From positions 81,285,564 through 81,329,502 of the forward strand of contig NC_057719.1 in NCBI RefSeq assembly GCF_004010195.1: 43,939 bases of DNA, in the 5' to 3' direction. Numbering within the stretch: the first letter of the stretch is position 1; the number at the start of each line of letters is the position of its first letter. Below are positions 1-10,233 of the stretch, in pieces. The notes beneath the pieces were generated by a model. The model was not told where the DNA came from. It saw nothing but the letters and a program-made list of their open reading frames with translations, and searched no databases. The translations under genes and the position numbers were made by a program. This DNA is from Chiloscyllium plagiosum (Eukaryota).

Positions 1-441
1 CCGCCTCCAACCTCATCGTCCCACAACCCCGCACCACCCATTTCTACCTCCTGCCCAAAATCCACAAACCTGACTGCCCCGGCCGACCCATTGTCTCAGC
101 CTGCACCTGCCCCATCGAACTCATTTCTGCATACCTTGACACTGTCCTGTCCCCCTTAGTCCCAGCCCTCAGACTCAGCACCGCCTTCTTGACCTGCAAT
201 CTTCTTCCCGACCTTTCCGCCCCCACTCCCTCTCCGGCCTATCACCCTCACCTTAACCTCCTTCCACCTATCGCATTCCCAACGCCCCTCCCCCAAGTCC
301 CTCCTACCTACCTTTTATCTTAGCCTGCTTGGCACACTCTCCTCATTCCTGAAGATGGGCTTATGCCCGAAATGTTGATTCTCCTTCTCCTTTGATGCTG
401 CCTGACCTGCTGCGCTTTTCCAGCAACACATTTTTAAGCTC
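1..441 (+). mobile_element. Penelope-like retroelement fragment: part of the RT joined by an internal deletion to the 3' terminal region
   Basis: Frame 3 from base 3 reads ASNLIVPQPRTTHFYLLPKIHKPDCPGRPIVSACTCPIELISAYLDTVLSPLV, containing the PLE RT motif LLPKIHK...GRPIVS. At ~160 it jumps to a C-rich 3' region ending CCTGACCTGCTGCGCTTTTCCAGCAACACATTTT, which is shared with the copies at 17876-18037 and 43595-43939. Confidence 0.85.
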
Positions 442-2574
442 AGAGTTTATGATTGTTTAGTAAGCAAGGAATGTTTTCAACAGCTATTTCGTATAACTGA
501 AAATTTTTTTTTTGCTTGTTGATGCCTTGAAATTGTCACTTTTACAATAAAAAAGTTAATGGGAAAAAGGTTTCAAGTATTAGACAAAAATCTTGTCCTG
601 CCAATTAGTAGCATATCTAAAGTGGCTCCATGTGAGATGGACTTATTATTCCCCTAGCAATCAATTAATGTCCTTGGGATCAAGAATTCTATTACCTACC
701 CTCTGAGTTAGCCAAGCTATATAGGAACTTTGTATGACTTGCTCATTTCTTTGAATACATTCCATTTATTTACTTGTAAAACAATTGATTAGTGGTTAAA
801 ATTTTGGGGGCGGGGGGGGCCGTTGAAAATCTATTGCCCTTGAACGGGTTGACTTCTAGGCTAATTCAGAGGGCAATTAGGATTCAAACCTATTGGGTTT
901 CGTAATCTGAAACTAAGATATTTGTAATGAAGAATGAACAAATGTCACAATATGGATTTGCTTAATACTGTCTCAATGCACTAATGGTAGTCACGTTGAG
1001 TCATTGCAGTTAAACAGACCTTTCTGCAATGTCAGATTGGCCTGGGAGCAAAATAGCACAAATCCACAACATCAGTAGTTGAATCTTTATGTGCATTGTT
1101 GGTCGCAGTATGGGCCAACAGCTGGTGCACAACCGTTCCTGATGCCTTTCCAGTCAGCAGAAAGGATTCGTGCTTAGAGCACAGAAATAATATTCATGTT
1201 TGATAGTGTCCTTACTGACACTAATATGTTTAAATAAATTCTCTCCCTCCTAAAATCAGGCAGTTATGATAACCTTCGTATTGACAAACAGAAGAGAGTA
1301 CAGCAGACAGACAAAAGCATGCTGATGCCAATCTTCAAAATGTTATGTTCATTCCCAAGTTTTATTTGAATTCAACAAGCCCAAACATGGAATCATCTCT
1401 GGAAACTACAAGGCATTTTGCATTATAAACAAGGGAACATTTTGCTCCTGATAACAGAATTATCAACTCTGAACAACAAGCTGTTGACTTAAGGAACAAA
1501 CTGTCATTTGCCAGGCAAAATATTTCAAGTTTATAAAATTAAAATGAAGTGTCTGATTTGGCCAGATATTGCCCAGTTTGCATTTCAGGAATTTAGAAAT
1601 GGCCCTCAAATCTCAAAACATTGGAATTATTCCAAATTTCTCTGTTATCTTGTTCTTTAAGTCTTACCCATTTTAGTTGTGGTCACCACAGTTGCTAGTT
1701 GATCACCCTTTCCCATTTCCTGTGAATTACCAGTTTCTCTTCCAACCCCAATAGATTATCACCTCAGCTTTCCATCTGCTTGGAGGTCCTACTCCTCCTC
1801 CTCCTATTAACATTCCTTCTGCATTACTGGCCTCAGCAAGTTTCCTCTCTGCAATTGCAGACCATTTCAATCTTTTCAGCCTTTTTTTAAACTCACCAAT
1901 ACCTGAATGTGCTTATTCCTGATCTTGTCCTGATCCAAATTTGTTAATATCTTGTCATTGTTCCCCTCTTCTTGACATTGCCCAAGTCTGCACAACACAA
2001 GACCAGTCTCTCAACTCTGATCATGTTGCAAGTGTAGGAGTTATATTGCAGCAGTTTTATTCCATCTAATATAGAAGTACTGGAAGTTGAAGAGAGTTAC
2101 TCTGGAGATACTTGCGCTTCTTAGATCATTCATCATTTCAACTCATTAGGTTTTTAGGCTTGACCTCCCTCATTGAACAAATAATGAACTGGATCATTTT
2201 CCAAGTTAAATCTTTCAGAATATCCTTTTATCGTTGACAATTTTGAAAAAAAAGGTTAGTTTCTAATGAGATTGAGCTAATCATGGTAAAGTTACTATGG
2301 TCACTTTACTACAATTGATTTTGATATGTATGTGGCATTGAGATAATGATTCTTGACTTTATGAAGGTTACATGATCAATTATCTTACATTAAGATCTCT
2401 TCAGTCAGTATTAGAGGTTATAATACCTATGCCCTATAGTGAACTTTAAGCAATTGGGATACAAAACATTTTTAAAATGGTCAATTGTAAGACTGACTGT
2501 GAACCAAACAATACCAAATGAGTCAGGCTGCAAACAAAGAGTGAAAGAGGCTAATGGGATAAATCTCAACTCTC

Positions 2575-3075
2575 AAAATTGATGGGTTTGACTCACATGG
2601 AAGGATAAACATTTAAAATGCAACTATAGATTACATTCGGGATAATTTCTTAGAACAGCACATTCTGGAGCCAACAAGACAGTAGGCTATACTGCAATAC
2701 CATTGTTAAGATAGGATCAATTCATGACTTCGAAGCAAAGGCATCTGTATGTAGCAGCAATCGATTGAATTTTATATTCCACAGCCAGAGAGAAGAGTGG
2801 GCCTAAAACTAGGATTTCCATCTTAAATAAGGGCAACGATGAGAGAATGAAAGCACAACTGGAAAATGTGAGCTGGCAAATTCAATTAAGGAATAGGTTA
2901 ATAGAAGTGCAGTGACAGACATTTATATAGATAATTAAACATAAGCAAAATATATATTCCAAAAATAAAAAAATCCAAGGGTCAGACTCCATTCATGGTT
3001 AACTAAAAAAAGCTAAAGACAGTATCAAACAAAGAAAATACATAATTATGGGAGGATATGTGGCAGGTTAGAACA
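2575..3075 (+). mobile_element. Highly decayed CR1-type LINE ORF2 fragment (end of endonuclease plus linker)
   Basis: Residual peptide IRDNFLEQHILEPTRQ*AIL at ~2634-2695 resembles the CR1 FLxQxVxEPTRxxAILD motif. There are many stops and indels. Confidence 0.6.
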
Positions 3076-3171
3076 TCTGTGGAACATCATGACAAAATGA
3101 CGACTGTCTGGCAACATATTGCTCCTACTGGAGACACATACAGTCAGAGTGGCAGTAGAACAAATCCCACC

Positions 3172-3387
3172 AGATGTGTTGTAAGACTTGAAGGGGAACA
3201 ACAGATGGTGTTGTTCTCATGCATGAGCTGCCCTTGTTCTTCTGGTAGCAGAGGCCACAGGTTTGGAAGTTGCCTCAGGGAGTTGACACAGTGCAATTTG
3301 TTAGTAGGTAATACTCCACACCGCTGACGGAGGGAGCAAATGTTTATGGTGGTGGATGGAACACCAGTGTGTTAGTCTTGGATGTTG
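3172..3387 (-). mobile_element. Decayed CR1/L2-group LINE 3' fragment, truncated by the gap
   Basis: Homologous to 27250-27500 (GATGGTGTTGTTCTCATGCATGAGCTGCCCTTGTTCTTCT vs GATGGTGGTGTCCCCATGCAACTGCAGCCCTTATTCTTCT) and matches a recalled shark LINE family. Confidence 0.6.
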
Positions 3388-3571
3388 NNNNNNNNNNNNN
3401 NNNNNNNNNNNNNNNNNNNNNNNNNNNNNNNNNNNNNNNNNNNNNNNNNNNNNNNNNNNNNNNNNNNNNNNNNNNNNNNNNNNNNNNNNNNNNNNNNNNN
3501 NNNNNNNNNNNNNNNNNNNNNNNNNNNNNNNNNNNNNNNNNNNNNNNNNNNNNNNNNNNNNNNNNNNNNNN
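3388..3571. other. Assembly gap (N run)
   Basis: Run of N next to a GA microsatellite. Confidence 1.
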
Positions 3572-3760
3572 GAGAGAGCGAGTGAGAGAGCGAGTGAGAG
3601 AGCGAGAGAGAGAGCGAGAGAGAGAGCGAGTGAGAGAGCGAGTGAGAGAGCGAGTGAGAGAGCGAGCGAGAGAGAGAGCGAGAGAGAGAGAGAGCGAGAG
3701 AGAGAGCGAGAGAGAGAGCGAGAGAGAGAGCGAGAGAGAGAGCGAGAGAGAGAGCGAGAG
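3572..3760 (+). repeat. Compound GA-rich microsatellite, (GA)n with GAGC/GAGT interruptions
   Basis: Directly visible units such as GAGAGAGCGAGT and GAGAGAGAGAGC. Confidence 0.98.
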
Positions 3761-4408
3761 ACTACCTCCAATTTTAGAGGTCAGAAGGCTTCTGGCCATA
3801 TCATTCACATCTACAAGCTGTCCAACTGCCTGGGAACTATAGTTGTTGACAGACGATCGATCTTTGCCATTGAAAAGTATTCACCATTCCACAGACCAGC
3901 TATTTGTTGCTGATCTAATCTCACTTCCTCATCTGCAGTAATCTTCCCCCATGCTCACAATAAGTATCCATATTTGCTGTTAGAAAGTACAGCAAACACT
4001 TTCACAATCCTTGCTTGTTTTAAAAAAAAGACTTTTCCCGTTTCAATCCACAATCAAAAATGCAAAAAAATCCCTCAATTCCCACCAACTCTCGACCTCC
4101 CAGTTACTATCCATATTAATATGGTAGGTTTATCATTTTATTTTTGTTAGATTTCTAACTCCCACAGTATTTTGTTTTGCTTGTGTATATGTTTTTGTTA
4201 AAAGAAAGTATATCCTCTGGTGAGAGTTGAACTTGGCATCAATTTTGTTTGAACCCAGCTTTTCATTTTTTTTTAAACTTAGGGCAGTTTTTCTTTCAAC
4301 ATCAGACATTTAAGAAAATCTTCCATTTGTTTATTATTATATGGGGATGCTTCTCTTATTATCTCCTCCCCACAACAAATGTTCAAGTTAGGAACTCACC
4401 ACGTACAT

Positions 4409-4703
4409 CTTGCCTACCAGTGCAACAACCACTTGTACTTAGATATAACCATCTACCGCAAGTTTAAAATTAATTTTTTTATCAAGAATAATTGGATATT
4501 TCATGTCTGGCTAAGAATGGTGAGATCATAAGGACCAGTATTAAGGCATTACTGGAATGCAGAGTGAAGAAAATGATGCAGCTATTACCCACTGTGTTTC
4601 TGCAATGGAATTACTTCAGGTATGTTGCTTTTTTTTAAAAAATTTTGAATGATTTATTTATTATCACTTCCATTTTACTACAAATAATACAGTAAAATCC
4701 ATT
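4409..4703 (+). repeat. Local duplication 1, copy A (~300 bp)
   Basis: CTTGCCTACCAGTG..ACAACCACTTGTACTTAGATATAACC...GAATTACTTCAGGTA...AATAATACAGTA aligns with 5406-5733. Confidence 0.9.
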
Positions 4704-5405
4704 CATAGACAATCATCCTTGCATTGCATACTACAAGAGCTTTCAACACCATCTAAATCACATGCTTTTATCCCAGATGATCATTTCAGGACACTTCAAA
4801 TTCTCACACCTTATTTTAAACCTGGAATAATAACCAGATAAAACAATCGAAATCTGTTAATTAGCACTGATGAGCTGAAGTGCCAAGTGCATGTTTCACT
4901 CTTTCCAATAAATGAATTGATTCACAAATCAATTCACTTCTTCATCAAGTTCTCAAGTCAGGATCTGCTGCAGTCCTGTCTTGTTTTGCATACAGCTCAC
5001 AGAAGCTATGCTCTTGCATTTGGTACTCCTAGAACAGCTGTCAAAGTTCAAACAAAAATTCCACCCCCATCCCCTGACAACCCCCACAGCAGGCATCATG
5101 CCATCCTCAAATTGCTGACTGGCAGACTACTGCAATATTTCAGTGTTGAGCAAAGGCATTCATTTCCATACTGCAAACATAATGTTAAAATCTCTAAAAT
5201 GCACAAACATTTATTTAGATGTCTGACTGTATATTCCAGAACATACAGGGCACCTTACCAACATTAGAAACAGTTTACGAATTATGAAAGAGTAGTTTTC
5301 GGGGAAAACTGATAAAAGACAACAGTATAGACTGTGTTGTATTATAGCAGACACAAGTATAGATAGAGATATATTGGAAAATCCCTTCACCCTTCTCATT
5401 TTTTC

Positions 5406-5733
5406 CTTGCCTACCAGTGTAACAACCACTTTGTACTTAGATATAACCACCTACAGCAAGTTTAAAATTAAATTATCAAATGTGCTAAAAAATTTAAGAA
5501 TATTTCCAAACAGCATATCATTTATTGAATTATTGTATATTTAATTTCTGGCTAACAATGGTTAGATCATAAGGACCAGCATTATGGAATTACTGAAACG
5601 CAGAGTGAAGAAAATTATGCAGCTATTACTCACTGTTTTTGTAATGGAATTACTTCAGGTACATTGATTTTTTTTTTAACGATGTATTTTATTGTTACTT
5701 GCATTTTACAGTGAATAATACAGTAGAATCCAG
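5406..5733 (+). repeat. Local duplication 1, copy B
   Basis: Aligns with 4409-4703 at roughly 80% identity by eye, with an extra ~45 bp near 5478-5525. Confidence 0.9.
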
Positions 5734-6446
5734 TGAAAAGCTTCAACTATTGCCACAATCTGGCACTATTTTGAATAGTTTAAGACTAAAAGGAGTAAAG
5801 GATATGACTAAAATAGTGTCGGTCTTCGATCCACTACTTCTACCATGAGTTGGCTCACCAACACGAAATCTGTGTCACCACCTCTCAACCCACCAGGGAT
5901 CCCTGGCTCCGCTGTCAACTTGATAACACCAGGAGTTGCCTGCTCCAGGCATAAAACGCTATTGCCTCTGTAGCCACTGCCTTGCCAATACCCGGAGTCC
6001 CTACTCTGGGCCTACTGCAACCAAGAGTTCCTGGCTCCATTGTCAGTCCAGATCACCAATGTACTAAGAGAACCAATCCACTGCCCTCCAAGATGTCGCC
6101 TTGCCGTTCCTGTCACGTTGAAGAGTCTGCCGCCGCCTCAGATTGCCTGAGCTTTGCTGCTGCTGCCACCACTGGCCCCAAATGCCAGGAGGACATCCTT
6201 GCTACCAGCACCTCCAATCACCAGGTGCCACGCCCACTGCAGTTACCGACAGCCAAGAGGCTGCTGCCGCTGTGCACATGACTATCTCTCATTGCTACAC
6301 TGATGCTGCCAAATAACCCACCAAAGAAAAAAAAACCAAGAAAAAAAACAAAAAAATGTTAAGTAACAAGAAAAGAAAGCAGAAGGGAACGGACAAGCCC
6401 CAGACAAGAACCCGCACACAGCCCTGCTACCCAATCATTACCTTGC
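5682..6446 (-). mobile_element. Putative non-autonomous retroelement with a Rex1-like 3' tail
   Basis: GC-rich island with no convincing ORF. Its minus-strand 3' end AAGCTTTTCACTG...GTAACAATAAAATAC resembles the tail of the Rex1 fragment at 24623-24672. Confidence 0.5.
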
Positions 6447-6457
6447 ATTTTAAGTAT

Positions 6458-7072
6458 TAGCCTTGGCTCAGTGACAATACTTGTCTGAGTTAGATGGATT
6501 CAAATTATACTTCGAGACTTGAGCACATAATCCAGGGTGACATTCCAATGTAGTACTCTGCACCATCAGAGATGCCACCCTTCACATGAGATGTTAAACA
6601 AAATCTTATTCACTCTCCCAGGTGGCTACAGAGTTGGTTGGCCTGTGAAGCCTGGAGCGGGACGCTCACTTCTATATGGAGTGGGCCCCTGTCAGCGGCC
6701 CAGCATGAGCTAGCGTAGCCCGCAGTGGGACTATAGCAGCGGAGAAAGAAAGGTTGGACCCTCTAAGTTATCTTTATTTAGTTTTTATTTTATTTTAAAT
6801 AAACATGAATGCCACCATGCATGGTGACACTACACACTTTTCACTGTATTTTATGCTGAATATATGACTCAATCAATAAAAGATTCATTCAGTGGATATT
6901 TCAGATACTATTTTAAATAATGAGATCTTCTGATGTCTGAGGAACACTCATCTCAAGACAAATATCAATAAAACAGATTAGCCAATTATCACTTTTTTTG
7001 AAGAACTGGCTATGTGCAGATTGTTTATGTATTGGAACTGTGACTACCTTTCAATAGTACTTCATTGCTATA
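6458..7072 (+). mobile_element. SacSINE1/AmnSINE-like (Deu-domain) SINE, interrupted by an insertion at 6626-6891
   Basis: Head AGCCTTGGCTCAGT; Deu-like GATGCCACCCTTCACATGAGATGTTAAAC...CAGGTGG; resumes at 6892 (GTGGATATT...AAAACAGATTA...GTGACTACCTTTCAATAGTACTTCATTG). Confidence 0.7.
6626..6891 (+). mobile_element. Short non-coding retroelement insertion with a Rex1-like tail
   Basis: Interrupts the Deu SINE and is flanked by GTGG on both sides (6622-6625 and 6892-6895). Ends CTTTTCACTGTA...TGACTCAATCAATAAAAGATTCATTCA. Confidence 0.6.
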
Positions 7073-7075
7073 TTA

Positions 7076-7566
7076 AAAGGTAGAGACATCATAGTCCTAC
7101 TAGATCATAAGGTTGTTCTCTCAATAGGCAGTTGGTAGTGGTTTAACCAGAGGGTCAACACACCTCAGGCGAAGAGAGGTCGAGGAGGCAGGACCTTCAT
7201 GGTAACCTTAGATTAGATTCCTTAGTGTGGAAACAGGCCCTTCAGCCCAACATGTGCACACCAACCCTCCGAAGAGCAATCCACCCAGACCCATTCCCCT
7301 ACACTTACCCCTTCACCTAACATTACGGGCAATTTAGCACAGCCGATTCACCTAACCTGCACATCCTTGGACTGTGGGAGGAAACCGGAGCACCCAGAGG
7401 AAACCCACGCAGACACGGGGAGAACGTGCAACCTCCACACAGACAGTTGCCCGAGGCAGGAATTGAACCCAGGACTCTGGCACTGAGAGGCAGCATGGTA
7501 TGGGATTGAACCTACTCTTTTGGAATTACTCTACATTGCAAGCCAAGCAACTGAGCCAACTGACCT
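7076..7566 (-). mobile_element. tRNA-derived SINE (second shark family), split by an HE1-type insertion
   Basis: Minus-strand head GGTCAGTTGGCTCAGTTG...GGTTCAATCCC (A and B boxes) at 7496-7566. Body AGGTTACCATGAAGG...CGCCTGAGGTGTGTTGACCCTCTGGTTAAACCAC...GGACTATG at 7076-7207. Confidence 0.7.
7208..7495 (-). mobile_element. HE1-type V-SINE, slightly 5'-truncated
   Basis: V-domain GGTGCTCCGGTTTCCTCCCACAGTCCAA, B box GGTTCAATTCC and (AATCT)n tail. Similar to 24284-24595 and 32495-32809. Confidence 0.9.
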
Positions 7567-8461
7567 CACCAAATCTGTACTGCTGTCAGTCAATTTAGCC
7601 ATTCTGTTATCAAAGCAGCTGGGTCAGAATTCTTCTAAGCGGCTTGTTAAAGGTGAAGTATCACTCACACATTTCAATACCGGAGTATAGTTTCATCAAT
7701 ATGTTGAGTCTGTAATGCAAACGGAGTTAAAGATCATGACAAGGATACCTTTGTAGTGAGTAAAACTATCTGAAATGAGATCTGTGCAATATTTTCACAA
7801 TAAAAGTAGTGCTCCGTGAGGAGAGTGGTTCAGAAAAGGAGCCATTAGGATGACAGTTCCAAGTTTTTTGTGCTTTCTAGCCTGCACACATGTATACCAT
7901 TGAGTCTTGAACCTACTTAAGATGAAAATAAATGTTAATAATCGCAACTTATGATACAAATTTTAAACGTTCTGATTTATGAGTTAACCGAGTGAGGTTA
8001 TGCAGCGAAGAATGGTCTTCTGCAAAGCTTCTGAGAATAAATTCAAAACTAGCAAATAAGATATTTACAAGTTCAAGTCACCTGTGGCTTCGGATCTTGC
8101 TACATCAGGACCCAGAATGTACACGTAGCCTACCAGACAGTTTGGATTTTCATTCATGGGAATCTGGAACAACAGTGAATCATCGCACATCAAGGGGAAA
8201 GAAACAGAACATCTCTCCTCCATGTACATAAAAATCTTGTGAACTAAACCTACACTGCCCATGCCATCAAGGAAACCGCAAAGCTGAAATAACATTATAG
8301 TCATTGCACACATAAAAATCCTTAAGGCAGTTCTGCTTTAATAATAGTGGTACAATCCGCAAATGGACTGTCAATGCTAAGCCTCCATCACTGGACCTTA
8401 ATACCTGAGGCTTTAAACCCATTTTTAGTCCATGAGAAGGGACACTGTTGACCACAACTGT

Positions 8462-8625
8462 CTTAAACAAGGTCTTTTGGCAAGGGTAGGGGTTCCAAAG
8501 CTAAAAGGTATATGCTTAAGGTGAAAGGGGAACATTTTAAAAGGGAGCTAAGAGGCAATTTTCTCAGAGGGTAGTGAATGTATGGAATGAGCTGCTAGAG
8601 GAAGTGGAGGAGACTGGTACAATTT
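8462..8625 (+). mobile_element. CR1/HER1 3' fragment
   Basis: TTAAGGTGAAAGGGGAACATTTTAAAAGGG...GTATGGAATGAGCTGCTAGAGGAAGTGG is homologous to 25610-25725 and 41855-41960. Confidence 0.8.
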
Positions 8626-8804
8626 GGTCATGGTGGAGAAAGAGAAAATTTAAAGGTGTAAAAGGGAGAAAATTGGTTCTCTCTCCTAAGTAGAAAGAAA
8701 ACAAAATATATACAAAGATATAGGGGGTGGTGGTGGTGGTGGTAGTGGGGAGGAGAGGGGAAGAGACCTTGCAAAAAAAATATAAATCAGACATCACATG
8801 GGCA

Positions 8805-9025
8805 GTTTCTCAAAATTATTGAACTCAATATTGAGATTGAGAGATGTAAAGTACCTGAGTGAAAAATGAGATGTTTTTCCTTGAGTGTGTGTTGGGCTTC
8901 ATTGGAATATTATAGCAGGTTCAGGTCAGAAGTATTAGCATGACAGCAAGATGATTTATTGAAATGTCAAGGAACTGGAAGGTCAGCATTCCAACAGTCA
9001 GAGCTGAAGTATTTAGCAAAGCTAT
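8805..9025 (-). mobile_element. Decayed Penelope-like element, GIY-YIG C-terminal region
   Basis: Minus strand reads ..ADLPVP*HFNKSSCCHAN..SNEAQHTLKEKHLIFHSGTL.., matching the PLE pattern LPVAxHFN...QRKLEEQHLIFRLGTL. Confidence 0.65.
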
Positions 9026-9349
9026 TTTGTTTGTGCTAGGTACCCCTCCACTTGTATTTTATTCACTGATATCCACATGTTGAACTAGACAGCAAAATAC
9101 CTTGAGATTTACTAAGATTTTTATTGTAAATCTCTAATATGGTACAGACATTAGTTTTCACCTATCCTTATTGGACATTTTCCCTGTCCAGAAGCCAATA
9201 TCCCATTAGGAAAGAACTCAGTTCTTTAGTAGATATAGCTTATTAATAACACAGGATAATTATACAATTACCAGTTGTCAGTGTAAAATCAAACTCAATG
9301 AACAGTCTCCAGGCATGATTGCTCCAGGTAAATTGCCCAATCATCTCCA

Positions 9350-9908
9350 CAGTGGGCTGATGATAAGTGTTACTACATACCTCTGAAGCAGATGGAGGGT
9401 TTTTGAGGTGACATATTCAAGTCCCACCTGCTCTAGGGATGTGAAAAAGCATCTCTGAACAAGTCCATTAGAAAATATCTGGAGCAGGTGGAACTTGAAT
9501 CCAGGCCTTCTTGTCTATAAGAAGGATGCTACCACCATGTCACAAGAGTCCCAAAACAAAATAGCTTCTTTTGTTCATTTTTACTAATGTATATTTCTAA
9601 TCAACCTGATCGATGATGTTATTACACACCTCTGGAGCAGGTTGGACTTGAGCCCAGGCCACCCTGGTCCAGGGCAGGGAGGCTACCCATGCGTGACAAC
9701 AGCTCAAAATAAAATTCAGCTTTTTTAAAATCTATTTTCTAATCAATCTCTTCAGATCTGTAGTTGCACACACCTGAAGCAGGAGTGTTGAACTAAGCTC
9801 TTCGATTTTCTAATTAACCTGATGTGAGATGTTATTACACACCTTTAAGTGCAGGTGGGACATGAACATACACCTCTTGGCTCAGTGATAAAGAAAGCAC
9901 AAGAACTC
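9350..9908. repeat. Cluster of about six partial copies of a ~120-bp tRNA-headed short repeat, in mixed orientation
   Basis: Recurring TTTCTAATCAACCTG..GATGTTATTACACACCTCTGGAGCAGGTGGGACTTGAA. The copy at ~9396-9480 is inverted. The sense strand has a B-box-like TTCAAGTCC. Confidence 0.8.
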
Positions 9909-10184
9909 TACACAAAAAACCTGAATTATTAACTATGACACTTTGTAAGCCTATTACCTGAGCTTGTGTTTTTGATGTGGCATTTTAATTTTTTTCTCAG
10001 GTGGTAACAAAATTCCTCTTTCTTACACTTCCAGAAAAACTTTGTAATTAATTGTCCCCTTCATTTTGATCTAGTTAATTACATTTCAATTAAAATGGGA
10101 TAGTTGCATGCTTAACAAAAAAACTTGTGACCAATCGAGAGAGGCCTCAAAAGATGTCATTTATCCTTTCTCATCTAACTGTAA

Positions 10185-10233
10185 TAGTAGTAGTAGTAGT
10201 AGTAGTAGTAGTAACAACAACAACAACAACAAC
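10185..10233 (+). repeat. Compound microsatellite (TAG)n(AAC)n
   Basis: Directly visible. Confidence 0.97.

Noticed and set aside
3301..3913. Long ORFs rich in ER/SL/RE repeats
   Set aside because: They are artefacts of the N gap and the GA microsatellite.
4887..5267. 126-aa ORF
   Set aside because: It has a non-ATG start, no recognisable domain and no convincing splice context, so it is consistent with a chance ORF.
9350..9908. CRISPR-like array
   Set aside because: The units are long, diverged, irregularly spaced and in mixed orientation, the context is eukaryotic, and there are no cas genes.
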